A DNA stretch of 62,594 nt, filler included, from Choristocarpus tenellus KU-1152 (taxonomy: Eukaryota; Protista; Phaeophyceae): assembly GCA_964200185.2 (NCBI GenBank). It is 9 parts of 9 records of this genome, joined end to end, with 100 filler letters (N's around TTAATTAATTAA, not from the genome) between each part and the next. Parts side by side here need not be neighbours in the genome. Positions count along the whole stretch, not along the records: positions 50,299 to 56,001 come from CAXNAD020009965.1; positions 56,102 to 62,594 come from CAXNAD020008004.1; 7 more parts are not named here. One strand, 5' to 3'. The position numbers and the translations under genes were made by a program. The notes below the pieces were generated by a model that saw only the letters and a list, made by a program, of their open reading frames with translations, ran no database searches and was not told the origin of the DNA. This document shows positions 52,692-62,594 of the stretch, one piece after another; within the stretch, counting starts at the first letter, position 1; each line of letters starts with the position of its first letter.

Positions 52692-53199
52692 GTTCAACTC
52701 CTGACCTCGAGGCCTGCACGAAGATGGTATAGTTTAACCTCCTCAAACACGCAAACAGATACTTTGGAAGAGCTCCTGAATTATCCTAGTTGTTCCACCT
52801 GATATGGGATACAGTCAATCCCGTTGCAAACCAGATTGTGTGAAGAGTGAAGTTTTTAAATCAAGGATCAGACTACAACTCTTGTTGTTTTTGGAGTTTA
52901 AGAGTTCTTGTGTGCGCTTTCGACATGGTTGATAAAATTCTTCACAGTATTTTATTATTACGCCCTCTGACATTCTCTTGGCATTGTTGTACTATAAAGA
53001 TAAAAACTAAACAAATTAGGGGTTTGGGTTTTTTGATTTTATGTATCAAACCATACCTTCAATGTCCTCAGCTCCAATTGAACATTCTACACTATAAAAC
53101 CCATTATGAATCCAAACAGTCTTAAGCATTCACTAGGGAAAAGTTCAGAAAATTACTTGAGTTTACTGATGTGAGAATTTGTAGTGGTAAATTGATTCA

Positions 53200-55200
53200 T
53201 AAGCAATAGGAAAAAAGAAAAAGGTAGGGAGTGTAGATTAACGGGTTAATTAGTGAACGAAGTGAAAGTAGACTGGACATGCTAGAAGTTAATACAAAAA
53301 AAGGGGATAGAGAAGAAGGGTGGGAAGAAGTTTACAGAATAAAGGTCAAATTCAAAGAGAGGGGTATAAGTACAAGGGGGCAGGATCAAGGCAACGTCTG
53401 AAGCAGTTCTTTCTCACAAGGAGGAAGGGTCCGATGGCAATTATTGTGGCAAAGATTGCATGCTAAGGAACTAAAAACGATAACAATATGGACAGGTGTC
53501 CTAGATATTGGGGGGATATAAATGTGATCAGGTGTAATAATAGTGGAATGTGGTTAAACCACCTGATTGCAGTAGGAACTGGATATGGATTATGAAAGTG
53601 ACACACTCAGACCAATTGAGAGGAAGGGAAGGTTGGACTCAAAGAGAAAAGGAAAAAGATGCTACTTTCTATATTGTAGAAAGGGCCTTCCCTGAATTGT
53701 GGTGTCATTTGTGGAAAGCGGGAATACCAATTTTGCCTACTCTATTGTGGACATAGAGCAATGAAATAGAGTGTATCGCGCAGGTTGAGAATGTGGCTTA
53801 CAGAGTTGGACATCTTGCAGGAGGGTACCTGGGCAATCCAGAATAAAAGCGATAGTTGACAACTGAGCCGGATCCTAAGGTGGTACAAAGGGATAGATAT
53901 GTCCAATTTGTAACCGAAGAGTAGGAGCACGTCCGACTCTGGCCATTAAGGTTAGTGCTTTAGGATATCCATAACAGAACTGAGGAGATAGTGCACACAG
54001 TAGGATCGAAAAGGGTTGGATACCCTGCAGAGTCATAACAAGTCACGTGCATTGGGTCTATGCCACCAGTCATAGAATGTGTGATTCCTGTCACCAACAT
54101 TGTTATCCCTAGGCATCCATGATGAAATTGATATTACGGTTAGTAGAATGTAGTAGCTAGCCTAATTCTTCTTCAAAGTTACAGCTAGAGGGCTTAAGAC
54201 AATTATAGGGTGGTGGGTAGGGATGCATATATATATATAATATTTCCAAGTATATAGACTGGAAAATAGTCTTGATTAAGTGTTCAGTAGTAGCTTATGC
54301 TTTCCAAGTGAAAACTTGGGATATTCGATAGAGTAGGTAAAGAAAAAATGACAGACTAGACCAAGGATAGGGTAATTGCTGGTCAGAATATATGATAAGT
54401 CTCTGTTAAGGGGGGGATAATGGGTGTGCGTCGATTAGTCACAGATTGTGCCGTTTCTGTCACCAAATTCTTGTTATGTGACTAAGAATAATTGTGACGA
54501 ATGGGAGAGTGAGGGCCTATTGTGGGAAGATTACCAGATTCATACTCAGAGAAAGAGTCAGGAGTAGAGGACTTTCGCTAATATGACGATGGGTGACTAG
54601 GTGTATAGATACCCCTGAACCAAACGTCCTGACCAAATTATCAGTTGTAGCTGCTATGCCGCTTTTGTTGCAAGCTGTCATCTTCCATAGCGTCAGTGAT
54701 AAATTTCAGTAGGTTAGGTCACATTGTAGGGTTATAGCTTTTTATTACAACCGTAATTGGGGATGTGGTGTAGATGGGATCAGGAGTAGAATTTGTCTTT
54801 CTTGCTACATGTATTACCAACCATTGGCAACTCTAACGGAATTGACAGAGAGTATGGCACATTGTAATGTGGTAGAAATGTGGTAGATAGCTCGATAATC
54901 CGTAGAGGTTATCACTGGAAGGAAATCAGTGTCACAATAGGGTGATTACATAGCTACAGTAAGTCAGCAATAGTAATCAAAGGGTAAATAGTATTGTGGA
55001 AAATAGGTGGATAATCTGTGATAGTCATCACTTTGGGGGGGACCCGGGGACTCAATGGGGAAAATAGGGTGGGTACATACATACAGTAAACGTTGACAAG
55101 GTACCAATCTGGTGTCAGACGAATATGCTGTACTTTTGGGATGAATCGGGGGTTGCCATTAGACATAGGAAGGGTTAGAAGGAGGATACACATACACAAT
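53200..55200 (-). pseudogene. Highly degraded non-LTR (LINE) RT remnant
   Basis: Strong strand-composition skew and fragmentary FITDAMED.../...FGS-type RT motif traces; no ORF. Confidence 0.3.
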
Positions 55201-55248
55201 ATGCGACGGTGTTAATGTTCAACTCTTCAAGAAAAAGGGGGCCACCGA

Positions 55249-55500
55249 GAGTCAAAGTAAACCAGAGGCACACAAAATTGAATTTTAAGGATGATAAATA
55301 TGTCTAAATTTCGGTGACTTGTAAAAATGCGCACAGAGTTTTTTACTCCTTATTGAAAAGTTCAAACAGTAAGAACTCAAAGCTCTGAAGTCAGTATTAG
55401 TACATTATCTATAGAAAAATGGGTAAGTTGCAAAAGATGAAAGATGCGGCTTCAAATGCGAAACGGCAAAAACCAGGGTACTTCTCATTTACTTTGGCTC
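55249..55500 (+). mobile_element. MITE family C copy
   Basis: TIR gagtcaaagtaaac / tttactttggctc; internal homology with 35729-35963. Confidence 0.75.
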
Positions 55501-56419
55501 AGAGTTATCAGGTGCATTGCGTATCTCACAGATTCTAACCAGATATACATACTTTATGAACTTGTTCAATACCCAGGCAACTCACTGGTCATTATTGCCT
55601 TTAGTAGGAGAGTACATAGATGCCACAGGTAGCTGTCCCTATATTTACAGTACCCCTGAGGACTAGTGTTGAACAGATCACGCAGATTACTCATGTCCAC
55701 CATGCGCGAACATTGTTTCCAAGCAACTGATCGATACTTGACTAGTTCTTAGGGCCTGTGGAGCCTAGGACACGGGTATGCCCGACTACATCTGACCCAA
55801 CGGACTTCACTCAGAAGGAACAACCTGTCAGATCACAAACCCACACAAACCCAACACACACACACACCCACCCACACACCCACCTCCACACCAAATACTT
55901 GCACTTATAAGATTAAGTATCTGGGGGGGGGGGGGGGGGGGGGACACACAGGGCGTCTCGTTGAGAAAAAACAAGAGAAAAAGCACCACAAAAGAAAGAG
56001 ANNNNNNNNNNNNNNNNNNNNNNNNNNNNNNNNNNNNNNNNNNNNTTAATTAATTAANNNNNNNNNNNNNNNNNNNNNNNNNNNNNNNNNNNNNNNNNNN
56101 NCCCCAATTTTGAGGATCCCCTGTTATGTGTTGCTGTGGGGTCTGTGTGTAACTTTGACCTTGTAAGGGGCCAGCACAACAGAGAATTCAATATTAGAAC
56201 TAGAGGCATCACAGGCCAGGTCCCTCCCAGACAACACCAAAACAAAGCATCACATTTTCTGGGTTAACCCTCCACTCACTTATGTTTTAAAATAATTGAT
56301 TGGAGTGCCAGTGGAAGGGAAGGGGGGGGGTCTGACGATAGTTAATGTGCAGATAAAGAAATCTACAGCTTTCATAGTCCTACACATTTTATGGACTCCG
56401 AAATTCGAAGTCTTCACAC

Positions 56420-56513
56420 AGAAAACCGAAAAAGGGCATAAGAAACTAGTGGGAACCCAAGCCCCGAATGGACAAACAGGGCAAAACTCCTGCTCTCTTA
56501 AATTCTTTGGGTC
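56420..56513 (+). mobile_element. 3' part of a diverged family A-type MITE
   Basis: caagccccgaatggacaaacagggcaaaactcctgctctcttaaattctttgggtc matches the family A 3' end. Confidence 0.65.
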
Positions 56514-57239
56514 AAGAGGGATCTCCAGTTTCACATAGTCGCCCCAATACTCAGTGATCCAACAATCAACGAGCGGTGAAAACTGAGATAAAGTTTCTCC
56601 AAATAAAGAGTATAGGGACAGTGGTCGAACTTTCCTCATTCCAGGCGCTCTTCAGTGTGAATCCAGTATGGCAGTAAATCTCGGTCACTACCCCTTTATT
56701 TCGGGGGGGATTCTATCGACTTTGCACCTCAAAATGGCATGTTCTGACCCAAAGTAGTGACACAAGGGAAAGGAATTATACATGCAATATTTTGAATAAA
56801 TACTGCATTGGTGGTTCAGGGGGTCTCTTGCAGGCTTTTGCAGCGAGATCACAAATTGGGGGCACGGAAAAAGCCTGCTGCTTGCATATTTGTGCATAAA
56901 TACGTAAATACGCGTACGTAAGAGCAAATCCTACTGGTTAATCATTGATCTCGTCTCTGATAGGTTTTGAATGAGATCCACGTTTGCTCGGAGTTTGACT
57001 GTAACTACTTCCTTCAACTCCTCTGCTTGATGAGTCCAACGCAGAGTTGAGACATGACTTCTGTGTTCTGGATTGTGGTTGTCTTAAAGCAGTAGTTTGG
57101 TCATTCTGTGCAGTCGTAACAGGTTCTTGGGTGAGGGGCAAGAAAGGTGGTTCACCGCCATTTGTCGAACCGCACTTTGTTGCACCGCATGAATATCTGG
57201 ACCATAACAAGATCCCTGAATTTCTGTGAGAGCGAAGTT

Positions 57240-58500
57240 TAATCTTTAACCTTGAAAGAAATTTTTTTATAGGATTGAGGGTGATGTTGTGGAGAGGGAA
57301 GTGAGTTCTCAAGTTCACTGCTCCTGTATTTTCCCGCCATGAGGATACTAGAGTGGTTCTCAAATGATTGAAAGGGTGACCGTCTATTCCTCCTGTGTTG
57401 CACAAGTTGTCAACCGCAATTTTTGTAGTGGCACACGAGGCGCTTCTGTGCCTCTCGGAGCACAAGTAATGTACTAAGAGGTTCCCAAAGGTACTAGCAA
57501 AGTACACCCTCCCCCTGTTCAATCCACAGCCCGTAGTCGTCTCTGCAAAAATGCCTTGGCAGAGAGACCCTTTGGAACAAGGGATTAGGGAAGATCCACA
57601 GGAGAGTCACACGAATTGAGAGGTGGGCAAATCTTGACCATATTGCATTCGAAGCCATCTTTCCTATCCTGTGCAATGCACTCTCTTTCATTGCTTTCCG
57701 AGCACAATAGTGTATACAAAATTGATACTCCTCCTTTCCACACATAAAGTGATACCACAATCCAGCTAAGGCTCTTTCTACAATTGCACAGAAAGGCATC
57801 TTATTGCCCTTTCTCAGATCCTTAAAATGCAGCCCCCCCTACCTCTCGGTTTGACTCAGGAGTTGGGGAAATGAGAGAGACAAGCAAGGGTAGTCACTCC
57901 AGGGTGAGGTCACACAGACGTCAAGAGTGTAAACGAGAATGAAATGTAGGGAATTGTGCAGCTCCAAACTTTGTCCCGATGCTGATGTCATCATGAGGAA
58001 TTCCTATTCCATCCTTAACGATAATGAGGGGGGAACCGACTCCATGGTATACCTTGTAAATGGGAGGTACTCCAAAATTATAACTTGGAGTGTAGGTCAG
58101 ACTTCCTTATCATCAAAGATCAAACCTATATTAGAAAAAAACGTAAGAGGGTCGCTTGGCAAAGTACGAAATGAGTAAATGGCCACGGTATTGTTCTTGA
58201 CAACAATCGTTTTATGGGCAAATGGATTGGAGTGTTTGCTTTGCAACACATGCTATGGAGCAAATGAGCCTAGGCGTTATATGAACAGGCAATATAGTGC
58301 AACTGGTCCCTGAACATGGTCCTGGTAACAAACATTTTGGACCATATATTGTCGAACATTTTAAGATAACGCTTGCACCAGCATTTCGGAACAGAAGAAT
58401 GCAGTATATTCCAGTCTGCATCTCTCTCCAAAACAACCTTTTGTCGAAGGACATCCTCTCACTTCTGTTGCAACTTGGATCATTCATCAGTCAAACATGA
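57240..58500 (-). pseudogene. Degraded L1-like LINE ORF2 C-terminal remnant
   Basis: GGLHFKDLRKGNK resembles the L1 post-RT GGLGxxDL...N motif; multiple stops. Confidence 0.35.
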
Positions 58501-59047
58501 AGCGCAGGAAGCAACAGTAGCACTGTAGAGATAGGAATGCATAATACATGGGTCGGTTGGTCCTTTAAGGGTGAATGCTTATGCAGTCCAAGTACCCAAC
58601 TGGTGGCAAACTATGCTCCATCCACAAAAAAAACTAGCAAAAGACATCCACTGCAATTCACTCACACATGACACAACATCAATGCTACCAACACATAAGC
58701 ATTGCAAAGGGAGCAGTAGGGTGTGTGGTCAACAACTAAAATACGGCAAAGGCATTCACATGCACATTGGAAAGGGCACTCACTGATGAAAAAACAGGCC
58801 AACAGTCAACATGCTTCCTCTGAGTTTCTGTTAACACATCGCACTTGTATGACCTGGACAAGAACATTACCACATCCCCACCACCATCAGCCCACAGAAC
58901 TGTGACAAAATCATTACCTTATCATCAATACCAAGTATATGCAACAAACAAGCACAGAACAATTACAGAGGAATAAACATAGGGCTAGGTGTCCCCCTGC
59001 TCTCCCTGCTCCCCCCACCACAAACAGATGCACACTGCCAAGCATCA

Positions 59048-61743
59048 TCAAGACGGAGACTTGACCCCTCCAGATGCAGTCGCTGCTGCTCCTGCTGCTG
59101 CTGCTGCTGCTGCTCCCGCTGCTACTGCTGATTTCGCTGGTTCTGGAGAAGTTGAGGATGTGGGTGTACTTCCACTTGATGAGGATGCCAGAACAGTGGC
59201 CGCCTGACAGCAAAACGAAATATCAGGTAGATAGAGAGGGGAGTCATAAACCTATAAAAAGGTAGTAGATAGTAGTCCTAAAACTGAGCATGCCTCGATT
59301 GAAGCCAGGCTACTAGTTCATACTGCTTAAGCACTACTGTAGGAACCAAAAGGAAAAAACTTGGGTGCTAAAGTCTCTCCCACTGCCTCCACCCTTCCCC
59401 TCCAACTCCAAGTTACCTGTGCAAGGAGGGAGTGGACATCGGCAGGTCTCTCATTGAAGAGCATGGTGTTGGACTGTTTGCCCATCTCTCCGTACATTTC
59501 AATGTACTCCCTGGCAACCTTGAGGAAGAGGTATTCATTCAAGCGTTGTGGAATTCAACTTTTTCATGTCAAGAGCACTGTCTTGGTGAAGGGATCATTA
59601 GGATAGGTTCTTCACGGCTTAGAACTAGAAGTACTCCACATTACGATAGGTATTTTGGTGCAGAAAGGGTGAATTTAGTGTATAGTCTCCGGTAAGGAGC
59701 ATATTTCTACTGCATTGCGAAAAAAAACAGTACGGTATAGTCATTTATAAACAGGTTTGTGTCAGTATCGTTGACACAACATTCAAGTCTGCATAGAGAG
59801 GATACTAGTACAAGAGTACCTGAACAATTGGTGTGACAGTAAAAGAGGACCGACTGGTAACAATACTATATTGTTGGGTTAGGGTTAGGGTTAGGGTTAG
59901 GTTAACCCTAACCTAACCCTAACCCTAAGTACCTGAACAATTGGTGTGACAGTAAAAGAGGACCGACTGGTAACTATACTATATTGTTGGGCACGGAGCT
60001 AGTGAAAATTGTATTCAAAGCAGCACGTTACTATTACCCTTTGGATGCAGACCATACATCCATCATTCAGTGTTCCTTCAGATTCCTTGACCCTGAATGC
60101 TCACTAAACTCAACTTTCACAGGACCTCTCCAAGTCACAAACCTTGGGTCACATGCGCATTAGACCCCAATGCACAGTAGAAACTAGTACACTGTTCAAT
60201 ACCAATATCATAGTAGGAGAGCAATCCATTATAGCTAACATAGTGCCATGAGGTGTGGTAATGTCCCTTGAGGAAGGTGACATAAAAAAACACAATAGAA
60301 AATCTTATTGAACTCTTGCATCATATCATGGAGATGCTGTGTACACTATATTTGTGATCCTTCAACTCTTTTGTAATTGTAGACTGTGCAGTACTACCCT
60401 TATGTACAAATGTCCCTATCATATTGTACTATTCATAATACTTCACAATATGCAACACACAGACATCGCCTTGTTAAGGAAAACAACTCCATTAGCATAA
60501 TAGTATTACTAACACATGTTCAGAAGTCCAAACCAGCTTGTGAAACCCTTTTCTTCCTGGGCACCTTTCCTGCGTGTAACGGATTGAAACTAAATCGGAC
60601 TATCAAAATAACAAAACCCTCAAAATAAAAAACAAATTACAATAATAATGAAAAAAGTCATTTTTACTTCCACGTGTTCACATATATCTATGGAGACAAT
60701 ACTATCAGGCAAGACTTCCCGGCATATTCTTTCATGCTTGCAAGACTGCTCAGGGTTTGCGATTGGCTTCTGAAACCTTCCTTTCTGCTATATTCATTTC
60801 GATCTGTACCACCATAATACATATATATATATATATAACAGAGTGTTCTTCTTTCTTGATTGTATTATTATGTTGCAATTACCACTTTATTGCAATGAAT
60901 ATATTCTCAAGACGTCCTTATCTATACCTATGTTATCTCTGCCCATCAATTATTAATTCATTGTTTCCAACCTATTATTATAAATTCATCATACCTGGAG
61001 CTGGGCTGCCACTTCCCCCCCAGCACTCTGAAGAGCCTCTGCAACCTTGGCTATGCTCTCTGCCTCAGCCTGTGCTAATACCAGCCTTGCATCTGCTTCC
61101 CCCTATACACACACATATGTGTGCAGTGAAAAGCACACATCCAAGAGGAGGAAGGGAAAGGGGTCACACACACCTCATGAGTAATACCTCACCTCACAAT
61201 GATGTTAAACACGACCTCACATGTATTGAGAACTGCCAATGAAATAAATGAACCTGATCCTAACTATCAAATAAATCCCCTCCTGGGAAAAACAAAACAA
61301 GTTGTTAAAACAACGCATGTCTTGTTTGCATTATCAACCCTAGTCCCAATAGACAGAACATGCTCCAAAGCCATTCTTCTTCCCAGAGATTCCGATAATT
61401 CTTGACAAAATAATACACAAAACAATATAACAAATAAGAGACACGGATAACCCTAACCCTACTGCCACAAAAAAAATGGCCCACAAGAGATCAATGGTGT
61501 CTTCGACAACCAAAACCCCAACAACAGTCTCTGATCCTCCCCTCAAACGTCCCTGTCATGAAATTAAACTCCCACGAGCGCTGCCCCACCTCTGCCTCAA
61601 GACGAATGCGCTCCTTATTAGCCCTGGCTTGGTTCTGAACCTGAATGAGGTGACCCTCAGATTCATTAATTAGTTGAATCTTAACTCCCTCTGACTTGAG
61701 GGTGTATGCCTTCTTCTCCCCCTCTGCTGTCAGCACGCGTTCC
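59048..61743 (-). CDS. Stomatin-like protein 2 (SPFH/band-7) 3' exons: 61743-61590, 61102-60995, 59518-59417, 59203-59048
   Basis: ERVLTAEGEKKAYTLKSEGVKIQLINESEG...AE-GEADARLVLAQAEAESIAKVAEAL...-VAREYIEMYGEMGKQSNTML...LLAQ-AATVL...SPS*; matches the SLP-2 coiled coil plus Band_7_C pattern; phases consistent. Confidence 0.85.
59815..59991. repeat. Head-to-head interstitial telomeric repeats (TTAGGG)n/(CCCTAA)n flanked by 64-bp direct repeats
   Basis: 59815-59878 and 59928-59991 are identical except for one base; the telomeric palindrome lies between them. Confidence 0.92.
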
Positions 61744-62594
61744 CTGGGATAAGGGGGGGGGAAAGATTTTCTCACAACTTCATAATAATGGTAAAGTTCA
61801 CGTATACACCCTTTGCTGTCAACATGCATTGCCTGGGGGAGGGGGGAATGAGCTACTTGCCATTATATTTTCATGTTAACAATACATATCTTCCCCACCA
61901 TCAGCACTCATGGGAAAGGCACATGAGTTTATTTTATGTCTTGTAATCCTCTTGATATAAATGTACCATACAGTAGACATTAACACCTTCCAAACATAGG
62001 AGAAGATAGAACATTATGCCTAACCTTACCCTAACCTTACCTCCATTCTCGGCAGCAATATCAATACTTCACCACCCATGCATGCCCTTTGAGCATTATA
62101 TGTCATGCAAAAAATGCTGCAGTCCTACTTGAATATCCATAAATTATCTTCATGTGTAATGTTCCATACCCATACCATCATATCAAAATAATAAAGTGCA
62201 ACAGTCTTGCATGAAAAAAAGATCAAACAAAAAAAACTCTACTGCAAAAAGAGAGTCCCCCTGGATCCTACCCGCCTCTACCTCACCACTCCCTCACAAA
62301 TTAGCTGCAAAAAAAACACTCCACATATATTTTCCGCATCCCCCTCTTAATACTTCTTGCCAAAACCCTACCATCCCAGCCTTGTCTCGAAGACCCCCCA
62401 ATCACACCCTCTATAAACAATATGTATACCACAGTAACCTCCACCTCCTTCACCACCACTCCAATACAACCCAGACCTTATACACACACAAATTTCTTAA
62501 ATTGACCACAAACCATCACTTCAGGGTGTGTCCCTACCTCCCCCCCCCCCCCCCCCCCCCCCCCCCTCACCCCCCCGAAGTCTCATTCTTGACC

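Noticed and set aside
58989-59265. Poly-Ala and poly-Leu ORFs on the plus strand
   Set aside because: Antisense shadows of the stomatin-like gene's last exon

Overview
Eukaryotic, intron-rich genomic DNA with GT-AG spliced genes, TTAGGG telomere-type repeats and many transposable elements; the style is consistent with a stramenopile or brown-algal-type draft assembly (inference). The window is a concatenation of nine short contigs joined by artificial 100-bp spacers (N44-TTAATTAATTAA-N44), so neighbourhoods across spacers mean nothing. Host genes I could reconstruct by hand: a complete two-exon 267-aa uncharacterised protein, an mTERF-repeat gene fragment, a DDHD/PA-PLA1 phospholipase (with a GC-AG intron), an HSL-type alpha/beta-hydrolase fragment and the 3' part of a stomatin-like (SLP-2) gene. 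Mobile DNA: two Ty1/copia elements plus a matching solo LTR, gypsy and LINE remnants, a SWIM-finger transposon remnant, a degenerate tRNA-Val, and an abundant multi-subfamily MITE system with GAG...CTC-type termini and 3-5 bp TSDs (Sola2-like by inference). Most unusual observations: a head-to-head telomere-repeat palindrome flanked by a 64-bp direct duplication inside an intron, a perfect foldback element with a MITE nested in it, and the 267-aa protein. I found no CRISPR array, Fanzor/TnpB or prokaryote-type system.
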